A stretch of DNA of 64,000 bases. Source: Victivallaceae bacterium. GTDB taxonomy: Bacteria; Verrucomicrobiota; Lentisphaeria; Victivallales; Victivallaceae. Below, in pieces: positions 33,893-42,824 of the stretch (position 1 is its first letter; each line of letters begins with the position of its first letter). The DNA is taken from NCBI GenBank assembly GCA_045534015.1, contig JAZSIZ010000060.1:372-64371 (forward strand), in the 5' to 3' direction. The position numbers and the translations under genes were made by a program. The notes below the pieces were generated by a model. That model was not told where the DNA came from. It ran no database searches and worked only from the letters and a program-made list of their open reading frames with translations.

Positions 33893-36775
33893 TCAATGTT
33901 TGCGGATTATCAGTGAACGGCTCCATACTTTATCTCCCTTGCCCATATTTCTTGCGAGGAAATAAAATTTTACGCTGACTGTGCGTGGATGCAGTTTTAT
34001 TGTGCCGGAATAGCTTTGCCAATCAGTTCCCGGTTTGATTTGCACCGGGGTGAAGCGGATTCCTTTACCATTGGCATCAAATTCGTAGAAGCCGACATCA
34101 AATCTTCCGGCAGTCAATCTTTCCGGTTTTATTTCTGTGGTAAAAGAGAGCGTGCGGCAATTTTTCAGATTTTTGACCGGATACCATACATAACGCCACT
34201 GATTATTCGGACCATCGGTAAGCTGTAGAAATGTGCTTCCATCCGCAACTTTGATAAAGTTTTCTGCTTTGGCACCCCATCCGGAAGGACGGACAAAATT
34301 TACTTCATCGGTATTTTCCCGGATGTTATCCAAAGTGTTAAAATAAGCTGTTGCCGCTTGGAAAACTTCATATTCATTTCTGCCGCCGATCCACAAAGTA
34401 TCATTGTCAACAAGTTTGATAAAACCATGCAGATGTGATGCCCCCGGAGAAAGTTTCGGGAAATCTCCGACCGTGCCGATCAGAATTTTTTTACCGGCAA
34501 CCGGAAGTTTATCAGGAGTGACAATGGGCAGTTCCAGACGCTGCATCGAGCCATCCATAAATCCGGGTTCCCGATTGCGCAATTGCCCGAAACGCTTGAT
34601 GCTGGCGGCGATAAATGGTCGGTAAACACTCATCATCAAGGCTGCATCATACGCTTTGCCGGATTGAGGAGCTACGACTACTGGTGTATTGGTGTCATCC
34701 ATGAATTCAGTAAGAACCGGATTAGAAGAATCAAAATCACATATCGGAAGATAGGTTAAAACAGCCTGACCATTGGTGAAATAGCCGGATGCCGGCCCGA
34801 AAAATCCACGCATATCTTCTTTACGGCAGGCAAACGTTGTTATGTTATTTCCAGATAAGGTGACTTGATTTCCGTTGCGTGAAGCGGTGAAGTTTTCCGG
34901 ATTACCGGAAAGTTTGACAGCCCGTAAAACGGCATAAGTGTGCGGTTCCAGAGTAATGGTAAAAATGGTTTCTCCGTTAATGATTTTCTGTTCCAGAGAG
35001 CCATTCTCCGGGATGAATCCATAAAAACCATCTCCAAGATAATGGTTTATTACCCGCAAGGTTGCGGTAGTTGCTGTACGTTCCGGATTGCTGATAGTGA
35101 TGATGGTCTGTTCTCCTTCTCCGAAACGCCCCACCCAAAATTTTCCGGCATCTTTGACTGCGGGGATCACTTGGTATCCGGCCCGTTGAATAGTTCTCAG
35201 AATTTCAATTTCGCCAATGGGGATCGCTCCCACATTCCAACTTTTGGGAACTGCACCGATTTCAAGACATTTGAAATGGAGCAGTTTGGCTTGAGCGGCA
35301 GCGATTGCTGTGCGTTGCGATGCCGGTATGCGATACCATTTGATTGCAGTATTGGCTGTGTATGGTACGACACCCCAAAAGACGATCGGCTTTTTGCCGG
35401 CAGATAACCGCAACGGCAGAACCATATCAATATTCAACTCCGGAGAACCTTCCATCATGATAGCATCTGCATGGAATACAGTGAAAGGAGAAAATTCTGA
35501 AAGTGCCATATTAAATATACACCCCATTGCCTTGCCGTTACGGGTAAGAGTATGAATATACTCGGCAAACGGTATCGGCACAATTGTGTCAGAGGTGTAT
35601 ATATTGTTGTTATCATCAAATGTTCTGCCTCTGCCGTAAGCAAGTTGTGATGGTGTGTTGAATACACTGGTGCTGTTGGCCATATCAAAGGCAAAACCGC
35701 TGACCTCATAATTTTCCACAATCAGCCGCAGTTGTTCTTTCAGATAATCGAATATCGGTGAACCGGGAGCAAAGACACTTTTGGTTTTTCCTCTGTTTGT
35801 CGGAATACTCGGCAGTCCACTGGTACCTTGTACTGCTTCAGGATAGTTATTGGCCAAATTTTGATGGATATCACGTACAAGGATATAGAAAAACATTGCA
35901 GTATTTATGTTTCCATAACGCATTTCATCCCGGACAAAAGCATCAAAAATATCGCGGGTCACCCATGACGTATCTCTGACATCTTTGTAACGGCGTACCG
36001 GATTGGTATCACCCTGCCATCCGGCTCCGACTGCGTACCAGTTTCCGGATTCATACCATGGAGTATAGGTCCACTCCCAATCCATTCCATACTGTCTGGC
36101 ACTGTGGGTCTGAAAAAGTCTGGTCATGTGCGACGAGCAGTGATCTCCGCCGACACCGTAGATTCTAGGATCAATATTTTCGATTGGAGAAAAATATTGA
36201 GGGAATGCCCGGTAATAAGCATCAACTGCATTTCTCCAGCCGAAATCAGGAGTAAATGGTGCACTCAAAACAGTAATTGTTTGCGGGTGATCTTTATCGA
36301 CAACGATCCGGGTGTCCAGATCGATTGCACTGTCGGAATATTGCCGGTAAAGTGTGCTTAATTCTGAATCCGGAGAAAGAGATACCGCCCAACCGTTTTC
36401 ATTATTGTAAGCCGCAGCCATGGGGAATGTTTCAAGCAACAAATCCCGGCAAATCGGCGTATCGGTGATTTGGTGTTCAGTGTTGCCATCCCAGAACATG
36501 GATGCTTGAAAAATCAATGTTTCCCGGAATTTTACTTTAAGTAAACGGTGAGAGGATCCGGAATCACTGAATGTAAACTTCCAACCGGATAGTGAGCCGT
36601 ATTTGACCGCTTCAATTTTTACAGACAATGACCCATTTTGCCAAGTACCGTCGGCAACCGATTGTATAGGGAAAAGTTCTTTATTGTTTTGGGCATCGGT
36701 TATGGTCAGAAAACTTTGAGCCCGGAGGACTACTGAATAAAGCAGCAGTAATAAAATCGTGTAAAACTTATTCAT
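33893..36775 (-). CDS. Large secreted protein of unknown family (possible TIM-barrel glycan-active core plus C-terminal CBM-like jelly roll)
   Basis: Signal [21 protein letters not shown]. There are no catalytic motifs I recognise. The C-terminal ~140 aa resemble a CBM4_9-type sandwich. ATG at 36775 (RBS gagg) overlaps the upstream stop (AATGAATAA). Alternative starts are at 36787 and 36805. Confidence 0.55.
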   Translation of the reverse strand: MNKFYTILLLLLYSVVLRAQSFLTITDAQNNKELFPIQSVADGTWQNGSLSVKIEAVKYGSLSGWKFTFSDSGSSHRLLKVKFRETLIFQASMFWDGNTEHQITDTPICRDLLLETFPMAAAYNNENGWAVSLSPDSELSTLYRQYSDSAIDLDTRIVVDKDHPQTITVLSAPFTPDFGWRNAVDAYYRAFPQYFSPIENIDPRIYGVGGDHCSSHMTRLFQTHSARQYGMDWEWTYTPWYESGNWYAVGAGWQGDTNPVRRYKDVRDTSWVTRDIFDAFVRDEMRYGNINTAMFFYILVRDIHQNLANNYPEAVQGTSGLPSIPTNRGKTKSVFAPGSPIFDYLKEQLRLIVENYEVSGFAFDMANSTSVFNTPSQLAYGRGRTFDDNNNIYTSDTIVPIPFAEYIHTLTRNGKAMGCIFNMALSEFSPFTVFHADAIMMEGSPELNIDMVLPLRLSAGKKPIVFWGVVPYTANTAIKWYRIPASQRTAIAAAQAKLLHFKCLEIGAVPKSWNVGAIPIGEIEILRTIQRAGYQVIPAVKDAGKFWVGRFGEGEQTIITISNPERTATTATLRVINHYLGDGFYGFIPENGSLEQKIINGETIFTITLEPHTYAVLRAVKLSGNPENFTASRNGNQVTLSGNNITTFACRKEDMRGFFGPASGYFTNGQAVLTYLPICDFDSSNPVLTEFMDDTNTPVVVAPQSGKAYDAALMMSVYRPFIAASIKRFGQLRNREPGFMDGSMQRLELPIVTPDKLPVAGKKILIGTVGDFPKLSPGASHLHGFIKLVDNDTLWIGGRNEYEVFQAATAYFNTLDNIRENTDEVNFVRPSGWGAKAENFIKVADGSTFLQLTDGPNNQWRYVWYPVKNLKNCRTLSFTTEIKPERLTAGRFDVGFYEFDANGKGIRFTPVQIKPGTDWQSYSGTIKLHPRTVSVKFYFLARNMGKGDKVWSRSLIIRKH

Positions 36776-37595
36776 TGGGGACCTCATAATTTTCTGTTTT
36801 TCCATCTGATAAGGTTAAAGTTAAAATATAGTCAACGCTTTGAGTGGGCAGAATGACTGTGAAATTCTGGCGGTCTGTTTTGCTTTGACGGAAATACTCC
36901 TGCCCATTTTTATCTTTGATAACGATTGATGACCAGTTATTGGTGTTGACAGTGATTTGCAGATTTGAAGCTGCCTGTCCAAAGTAGACATCGGTATAGT
37001 TTACCCATCCTTTATATCCACCGAAACATCCGCAGCGTATTGCATAAGTTTTGATTCCTTTGCCGGTCGGAGGGGTGAACTCCCGCGTATAAGTTGTCCA
37101 TGTATCGGCATTTACTCCGGAAACCAGATCAGGATCTATGAATTTATCCAGAATTGCTTTGGCAGATCGGCCTTGGTGGGGGTATGCGAGAATGAAAAAT
37201 GTTGTTTGACTTACCGGATAATGCCCTAATGGGCTACCGCCGTCATTGTATTCCGGACAACTTAACCATATATTGGCAAAAGTACGGTATGCTCTGATTT
37301 TTGCTCTGATGCAGTATCGCACCCCTTCTTGAACCTGAACCAGTTGAAGAAAATAACCGTATTTCTGTCCCGGTGATTCGATAACTATGCCGCCGATGTC
37401 ACTGCGGAATGTGAATGCTGCTTTTGAGCAATTATCAAAATACCAATGTTGCGGCATTCCTTGAGTATTTTTTATTGAAAAATCTGCATTTTTTAATAAA
37501 TTCGGAGCAAATATTCGTTCCATGGATATATTGGCTGCTCCGAGTGGTAGCATTATCGCCAGTAAAATCATTGATGCAAGCCGTTTCATTATCAT
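36768..37595 (-). CDS. Secreted CBM-like (galactose-binding/CBM4_9-type) protein with C-terminal beta-sandwich
   Basis: The ATG at 37595 has a strong AAGGAGG RBS. Signal MIMKRLASMILLAIMLPLGAA. NLLKNADFS...HWYF...VQVQEGVRYCIRAKI is a CBM-like pattern. The longer tracked ORF (to 37727) would overlap the AraC gene. Confidence 0.5.
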   Translation of the reverse strand: MIMKRLASMILLAIMLPLGAANISMERIFAPNLLKNADFSIKNTQGMPQHWYFDNCSKAAFTFRSDIGGIVIESPGQKYGYFLQLVQVQEGVRYCIRAKIRAYRTFANIWLSCPEYNDGGSPLGHYPVSQTTFFILAYPHQGRSAKAILDKFIDPDLVSGVNADTWTTYTREFTPPTGKGIKTYAIRCGCFGGYKGWVNYTDVYFGQAASNLQITVNTNNWSSIVIKDKNGQEYFRQSKTDRQNFTVILPTQSVDYILTLTLSDGKTENYEVPNE

Positions 37596-37621
37596 AAAGA
37601 CCTCCTTTGTTAATTGCAATA

Positions 37622-37650
37622 AATATACTACAAAAACAAGGATAAAAAAA
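37622..37650 (-). promoter_or_regulatory. Putative activator-dependent promoter (poor -35 TTTTTT, 17 nt, TATATT) of the CBM-like/970-aa/pseudopilin operon
   Basis: -10 tatatt is the reverse complement of 37622-37627. The -35 position is a T-run immediately flanked by the direct repeats at 37653-37689. Confidence 0.35.
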
Positions 37651-37652
37651 TA

Positions 37653-37689
37653 ACAAAAACGGCAATGTTCAGGACAAAATCGGCAAATG
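37653..37689 (-). promoter_or_regulatory. Tandem direct repeats with 21-nt period, CATTTGCCGATTTTGT / CATTGCCGTTTTTGT (candidate AraC-family binding sites)
   Basis: Plus-strand copies are acaaaaacggcaatg (37653-37667) and acaaaatcggcaaatg (37674-37689). The distal copy is identical over 16 nt to 38590-38605 in the AraC gene's own promoter. Confidence 0.5.
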
Positions 37690-37695
37690 TGTTTT

Positions 37696-38553
37696 TTAGT
37701 GCTGTTTCCAGTGGCGGGGCTGTTCATTCAGATATTTGCGGAAAAGTCTGGCAAAGTAACAGCTGTCTTTGAATCCTGCTTTTTCTGCTGCATCAGAAAC
37801 GGAACAACCGTTGCGGAGAAATTCCCGGGCAGCTTCCAATCGCAACAGCAACAAATATTGCAGGGGAGTTTTGCCCAGAGATTTTTTGAAAGTCCGGGTA
37901 AAGGTCGATTGAGACATGCTGGCTCTTTTTGCCAGTTGAGCGATATTAAGCTCGTATCGGTAATTTTTCAACATATAATTTATCGTATCCTGAAACTTTT
38001 CCGGCAGCGGCAGGGGACGGGATTGGACATCCGGCGAATAGTGAGCCAGCAGCAGAGGTATGACCTGTAAAAACGCTCCGTATGCTGCCAGCAAAGCTCC
38101 TGGTGTTCGCTCTTTTTGCAAATTGTAAGCTGACAAAAGAATGGTTTTTACCGTTTCCAGTACAGGTTGGGGCAATTCGAATTTCGGATAAAATTTATGT
38201 TGATGGCAAAACGCCGGATCGATCCCGAACAAAGTCACATACCCCGGATGGTGACAGATACTGCGCACGGGAATATTCAATTGCTCAAAGTGGAAGATGA
38301 TATTCATCAGCTCCACATTCTCTTCATTCCGGTAGCGGTGCAATCCTCCGGGCGGAATGACCAGTACATCGCCGGCGGAAATATTTTCTTCGCTGTAGTC
38401 GGTTTCGTAGGTGGCACTCCCGTTGAACATGATGGCGATTTCTGAAAATTCATGGGAATGAAATCCCAGATCACCACTGTACCCCGTATAATAAAGGTAT
38501 ACCGGCAATTGACCTTTTTGAAAAAATGTTGAATCTTTCAGTACTTTGCCCAT
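37696..38553 (-). CDS. AraC/XylS family transcriptional regulator (cupin sensor plus HTH)
   Basis: N-terminal cupin (HSHEFSEIAIMFNG...) and a C-terminal double HTH (IAQLAKRASMSQSTFTRTFKK...CSVSDAAEKAGFKDSCYFARLFRK). Confidence 0.85.
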   Translation of the reverse strand: MGKVLKDSTFFQKGQLPVYLYYTGYSGDLGFHSHEFSEIAIMFNGSATYETDYSEENISAGDVLVIPPGGLHRYRNEENVELMNIIFHFEQLNIPVRSICHHPGYVTLFGIDPAFCHQHKFYPKFELPQPVLETVKTILLSAYNLQKERTPGALLAAYGAFLQVIPLLLAHYSPDVQSRPLPLPEKFQDTINYMLKNYRYELNIAQLAKRASMSQSTFTRTFKKSLGKTPLQYLLLLRLEAAREFLRNGCSVSDAAEKAGFKDSCYFARLFRKYLNEQPRHWKQH

Positions 38554-38579
38554 TGCTATTTCCTCAATGCTGTTTTTCT

Positions 38580-38608
38580 ACTATACTGCACAAAATCGGC
38601 AAATGCAA
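38580..38608 (-). promoter_or_regulatory. Putative AraC gene promoter (TTGCAT, 17 nt, TATAGT) overlapped by the 16-nt repeat
   Basis: The reverse complement reads ttgcat ttgccgattttgtgcag tatagt. The motif catttgccgattttgt (38590-38605) spans the -35 box and spacer. Confidence 0.45.
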
Positions 38609-38617
38609 ATTGTCCGG

Positions 38618-38646
38618 TTGACAAAACGGTAAATCAGCGGTATATT
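38618..38646 (+). promoter_or_regulatory. Putative divergent promoter (TTGACA, 17 nt, TATATT) of the small Cys-rich protein gene
   Basis: Reads ttgaca aaacggtaaatcagcgg tatatt. Its -35 box is only 9 nt from the -35 box of the AraC promoter. Confidence 0.5.
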
Positions 38647-38675
38647 AGAGCAAATTTACAGGAAAGGAATTGAAC

Positions 38676-38993
38676 ATGTGTAAAGCTGTTGAATTATTTA
38701 CAGCAGTTCCAAAAATGCACAATTGCGCTCAGGCTGTCGCTTCCGGGGCAGGGGATGAGGCTTTAAGTGATGCAATGAAACTTTGCGGCGGCGGTAAAGC
38801 TCCGCTTGGCAGATGCGGCGCACTTCACGCGGCTTTGGAATTGACTCCGGAATCTGTGCATGAAAAACTTATTGCAGATTTTTCTGCCGCTGCCGGAGCT
38901 GAAACCTGCCGGGAAATAAAGAACGCTGTTTCGCCGTTTCCCTGCGCAGAGTGTGTCAGACTTGGAGCGAAACTGGTTGAAAAATACCGCTGA
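38676..38993 (+). CDS. Small Cys-rich protein, C_GCAxxG_C_C-like (putative redox-active)
   Basis: NCAQAV..., GRCGALHAA (GCAxxG-like), ETCREI and CAECV follow the spacing of that family but in a short form. RBS aggaaagga. TTG at 38670 is an alternative start. Confidence 0.4.
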   Translation: MCKAVELFTAVPKMHNCAQAVASGAGDEALSDAMKLCGGGKAPLGRCGALHAALELTPESVHEKLIADFSAAAGAETCREIKNAVSPFPCAECVRLGAKLVEKYR

Positions 38994-39005
38994 TACAACA
39001 TGAAA

Positions 39006-39023
39006 ATGCTGCTTCGGCGGCAT
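39006..39023 (+). terminator. UUCG-tetraloop hairpin after the small Cys-rich gene (no U-tract)
   Basis: augcugc-UUCG-gcggcau forms 7 bp including one G-U. It lies 13 nt after the stop. Terminator function is uncertain. Confidence 0.25.
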
Positions 39024-39177
39024 CCGGAAAAATCATTATAGCAGTAAACCGATTCAAATCGCATGTCTGTTTTCTGTTATGACCATCTTGAAAGATGTGC
39101 AGCGTATCATCGGAACTGATGTTTTGATTTTTATGTGAAATGGTTGTCTGCAGCAATGTAACAAACGTTTTTCATGC

Positions 39178-39206
39178 TTGAAAAGTTTTGTCATGCAGTG
39201 TATATT
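39178..39206 (+). promoter_or_regulatory. Putative hydG promoter (TTGAAA, 17 nt, TATATT)
   Basis: Reads ttgaaa agttttgtcatgcagtg tatatt. It implies a leader of roughly 135 nt before the ATG at 39347. Confidence 0.45.
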
Positions 39207-39346
39207 ATACACTGAAAACGCTTCCGAGGCAAAAGGTATGGTTCCTGATGCCGGGGGACGCAGTCGAAAATATTTTGCCGCACTTCCGGCATCTGCTTTG
39301 TCTGTTTCTCCCAGAAAAGAGGATGCAGAAATCAGCAGAGGTTTTT

Positions 39347-40762
39347 ATGTACGATGTGATGTCTCCCCATGCCGTGGACTTTATTGATGACGGCGAAATA
39401 CAGGCAACTCTCAAGTTCGCCGAAGAAAACAAAAATAATGCCGCTCTGGTCGATGAAATTCTTGCCAAAGCCAAAGAGGGCAAAGGTTTGAATCACCGTG
39501 AGGCAATGGTGCTGCTCGATTGTGAACTTGCCGATAAAAAACAGCAGATCCTCGATCTTGCCATGGAGATCAAACGCAAAAATTACGGCAACCGGATCGT
39601 GATGTTTGCACCTTTGTATCTTTCCAATTATTGCATAAACAGCTGTGTGTACTGCCCGTATCATGTGCAGAACCGTACAATTCCCCGGAAAAAACTTACG
39701 CAGGAAGAGATCCGCAATGAGGTGATCGCACTGCAGGATATGGGACACAAACGCCTTGCCCTGGAAACCGGTGAAGATCCGAAAAACAATCCGATCGAAT
39801 ATATCCTTGACAGTATCAAAACCATTTATTCGATCAAGCACAAAAACGGAGCCATCCGCCGGGTGAATGTCAACATCGCCGCCACTACGGTGGAAAATTA
39901 CCGGAAACTCAAAGATGCCGGCATCGGTACATATATCCTCTTTCAGGAGACCTACAACAAAAAGAATTATGAAGCTCTCCACCCGGCGGGTCCTAAAAGT
40001 GATTATGCGTGGCACACAGAAGCTATGGATCGTGCCATGGATGGAGGCATCGATGATGTCGGCTGCGGCGTGCTTTACGGCTTGAGCACCTACCGTTACG
40101 ACTTTGTGGGACAATTGATGCATGCCGAACACCTTGAAGCATACAAAGGTGTCGGACCGCACACCATCAGCGTTCCCCGGATCCGTCCGGCAGATGACAT
40201 TGACGCCAGTAAATTCAGTAATGCCATTTCCGATGATATGTTTGAAAAGCTGGTAGCAGTGCTGCGTATTGCCGTACCTTACACCGGGATAATCGTTTCC
40301 ACAAGGGAATCCAAAGCTGCCCGTGAGCGGGTTCTGAAAGTTGGAGTTTCCCAGATTTCCGGAGGTTCCCGAACCAGTGTCGGCGGTTACACCACCGAGG
40401 CCCGGCACGATGAAACGGCGCAATTTGATGTCAGCGACCTGCGGACTTTGGATGAAGTAATCAAATGGCTTTTGGAGCAGGGACACATTCCCAGTTTCTG
40501 TACGGCCTGTTACCGTGAAGGACGCACCGGCGACCGTTTTATGACTCTTGTAAAAAACGGTCAGATCGCCAACTGCTGTCACCCCAATGCCTTGATGACA
40601 TTGAAAGAGTACATGGAAGATTACGCTTCACCGGCAACCAAAGAGATCGGCGACCGAATGATCGCGCAGGAGTTGCTCAATGTGCCGAATGAAAAAGTCC
40701 GTGCGATCGCCGAAGCAAATCTGAAAGATATTGTCAACGGGAAGCGGGATTTCCGTTTCTGA
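39347..40762 (+). CDS. hydG: [FeFe]-hydrogenase H-cluster maturase HydG (radical SAM tyrosine lyase)
   Basis: Radical SAM CINSCVYCPY, a ThiH/HydG-like core, and the C-terminal cluster motif CTACYREGRTGDRFM...CC. 471 aa counted from the ATG at 39347. The tracked ORF start (39188) lies inside the predicted promoter. Confidence 0.85.
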   Translation: MYDVMSPHAVDFIDDGEIQATLKFAEENKNNAALVDEILAKAKEGKGLNHREAMVLLDCELADKKQQILDLAMEIKRKNYGNRIVMFAPLYLSNYCINSCVYCPYHVQNRTIPRKKLTQEEIRNEVIALQDMGHKRLALETGEDPKNNPIEYILDSIKTIYSIKHKNGAIRRVNVNIAATTVENYRKLKDAGIGTYILFQETYNKKNYEALHPAGPKSDYAWHTEAMDRAMDGGIDDVGCGVLYGLSTYRYDFVGQLMHAEHLEAYKGVGPHTISVPRIRPADDIDASKFSNAISDDMFEKLVAVLRIAVPYTGIIVSTRESKAARERVLKVGVSQISGGSRTSVGGYTTEARHDETAQFDVSDLRTLDEVIKWLLEQGHIPSFCTACYREGRTGDRFMTLVKNGQIANCCHPNALMTLKEYMEDYASPATKEIGDRMIAQELLNVPNEKVRAIAEANLKDIVNGKRDFRF

Positions 40763-40775
40763 AAGAATTTTATCA

Positions 40776-42824
40776 ATGGGAATATTCAAACTGCACGCTC
40801 CTTTTGAGCCTGCCGGAGATCAGCCGGAAGCTATCCGGCAGCTCCGGGAGAACTTGAAAAGCTCCCGAAGGTTTCAGACGCTTCATGGCGTAACCGGTTC
40901 GGGCAAGACTTATGTTCTTGCCCAGGCTATCGCTGAACAGGATCGTCCGGTGCTGGTTCTGTCGCACAATAAAACTCTTGCAGCCCAGCTTTACAGTGAA
41001 TTCAAGAGTTTTTTTCCGGAAAATGCAGTTGAATATTTCATCAGTTATTACGATTATTATCTGCCGGAATCATACATTCCGCAGACCGACACCTATATTG
41101 CCAAGGATGCTTCGATCAACGAGGATATTGAAAAACTCCGTCTTTCCGCTACCGCCAGTCTGGTGGAAAGACGGGATGTCATTATTGTGGCAAGTGTTTC
41201 ATGTATATACAGTTTGGGCGCACCGGAAGAGTTTAATGAAATGTGTGTCCGTCTGGATTCAGGAGATACCATCAACCGTGATGAATTGCTGCGCAGATTG
41301 ATCGAAATCCAGTATAACCGTAATGATACCGCTCCGGGCAAGGGTGAATTCCGGGTGCGTGGTGATGTGGTGGATGTTTTTGAACCGCAGCGGGATGATT
41401 TTATCAGGATAAGTTTTTTTGACGATGCGATAGACCGGATGGAAAGACGCGATGCTTTGACCGGAAAATTGAAATCAGTTCTGCCGGAAGGCACACTTTT
41501 TCCATGTAAACATTTTGTGATGCCTCCGGATCGTATCGCATCGGCAGCAGAATCAATCCGTCAGGAAAAGCGAGAAAGGGTGAAGTTCTTTGAAGATCAG
41601 GGCTTGCTGGTCGAAGCCCAGCGGATTGATCAGCGCGTGGAATATGATCTGGAAATGATGCAGGAACTGGGCTATTGCAGTGGTATTGAAAATTATACCA
41701 TGCATCTTTCCAATCGTCAGCCCGGTATGCGTCCATACTGTCTCTTTGACTTTTTCAAGGATGATTTTCTCACCATTGTCGATGAATCTCATGTGACATT
41801 GCCGCAGGTGCAGGCAATGTACAAAGCCGATCGTCAACGCAAGCAGACTCTGATTGATCACGGTTTCAGATTGCCGTCTGCTCTGGAAAACCGTCCGCTG
41901 CGTTTTGAGGAGTTTGAAGGGCTTACCGGTCAGACTATTTATGTTTCAGCCACTCCCGGGGAGATGGAAAAAGAGCGTTGCAGTGATATGGTTGAATTGA
42001 TTGTCCGCCCGACCGGTCTGCTTGATCCGGAAATCGAAGTGCGTCCCCTGGAAGGGCAGTTGGACGATGTTATTGAAGAGATCCGCAAGGTTTCAGGTTC
42101 AGGCGGCAGAACTCTGGTTACAACCCTGACCAAGAAAAATGCTGAACGCCTTTCTGATTATCTCGGGGATATCGGAGTAAAAACCAGTTATCTGCACTCT
42201 GAAATGGACGCCCTTGAGCGGGTTCGGGTATTGAATAAACTGCGGGATGGCGATTTTGAGTGTCTGATCGGCATAAATCTGCTCCGGGAGGGTATCGACC
42301 TGCCGGAAGTGGCTCTGGTGGCGATACTTGATGCTGACAAAGTAGGCTTTCTGCGTTCCGAGCGGTCACTGGTGCAGACAGCGGGCAGGGCGGCACGCAA
42401 CAAGGACGGCAGAGTGATTCTCTACGGGGATAATATTACTCCGGCAATGAAAGCTCTTATGGATGAAACTGCACGCCGCCGGAAAAAACAGCAGGCGTAC
42501 AACGAAGCTCACGGCATTGTGCCGAAAACCGTTGTCAAAGAAAAACGGCAGACCATCAGTGAGATCATCGGCAGCAAGCCGCGCAATAAACGAGCCAAAA
42601 TGCCTGATTTTGTCTGCAATACAGTTGATGATGGCAGCGGTGGAATTGTCGATTTCGACAAAATGAATATGAACAGCAAAGAAATGGCTGCTTTGATTGC
42701 CGAACTTACCGGCGAAATGCTTGCCGCCGCCGAAGCTCTGGAATTTGAACGTGCAGCAGATCTGCGCGATAAAATAAAAATGTTGTCGGGTGAAAATATC
42801 ATATCAAAAAAGAAAGGGAAATGA
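40776..42824 (+). CDS. uvrB: Excinuclease ABC subunit B
   Basis: FKLHAPFEPAGDQPEAI, GVTGSGKT, DESH, helicase motifs, and the C-terminal UVR domain (EFERAADLRDKI). Confidence 0.95.
   Translation: MGIFKLHAPFEPAGDQPEAIRQLRENLKSSRRFQTLHGVTGSGKTYVLAQAIAEQDRPVLVLSHNKTLAAQLYSEFKSFFPENAVEYFISYYDYYLPESYIPQTDTYIAKDASINEDIEKLRLSATASLVERRDVIIVASVSCIYSLGAPEEFNEMCVRLDSGDTINRDELLRRLIEIQYNRNDTAPGKGEFRVRGDVVDVFEPQRDDFIRISFFDDAIDRMERRDALTGKLKSVLPEGTLFPCKHFVMPPDRIASAAESIRQEKRERVKFFEDQGLLVEAQRIDQRVEYDLEMMQELGYCSGIENYTMHLSNRQPGMRPYCLFDFFKDDFLTIVDESHVTLPQVQAMYKADRQRKQTLIDHGFRLPSALENRPLRFEEFEGLTGQTIYVSATPGEMEKERCSDMVELIVRPTGLLDPEIEVRPLEGQLDDVIEEIRKVSGSGGRTLVTTLTKKNAERLSDYLGDIGVKTSYLHSEMDALERVRVLNKLRDGDFECLIGINLLREGIDLPEVALVAILDADKVGFLRSERSLVQTAGRAARNKDGRVILYGDNITPAMKALMDETARRRKKQQAYNEAHGIVPKTVVKEKRQTISEIIGSKPRNKRAKMPDFVCNTVDDGSGGIVDFDKMNMNSKEMAALIAELTGEMLAAAEALEFERAADLRDKIKMLSGENIISKKKGK

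Noticed and set aside
39188-39346. N-terminal extension of hydG, and similar long-ORF starts for parE (23579), GH2 (60310), LacI-2 (60255), uvrB (40731), lactonase (21812), panD (21924) and the CBM-like gene (37727)
   Set aside because: Downstream ATGs have proper RBS and match the canonical family N-termini. The extensions would run through predicted promoters or overlap neighbouring genes.
39332-40582. 416-aa ORF antisense to hydG
   Set aside because: It lies fully inside and opposite a gene with unmistakable HydG motifs. The translation has no recognisable domain and looks like a typical shadow ORF in the complementary frame.
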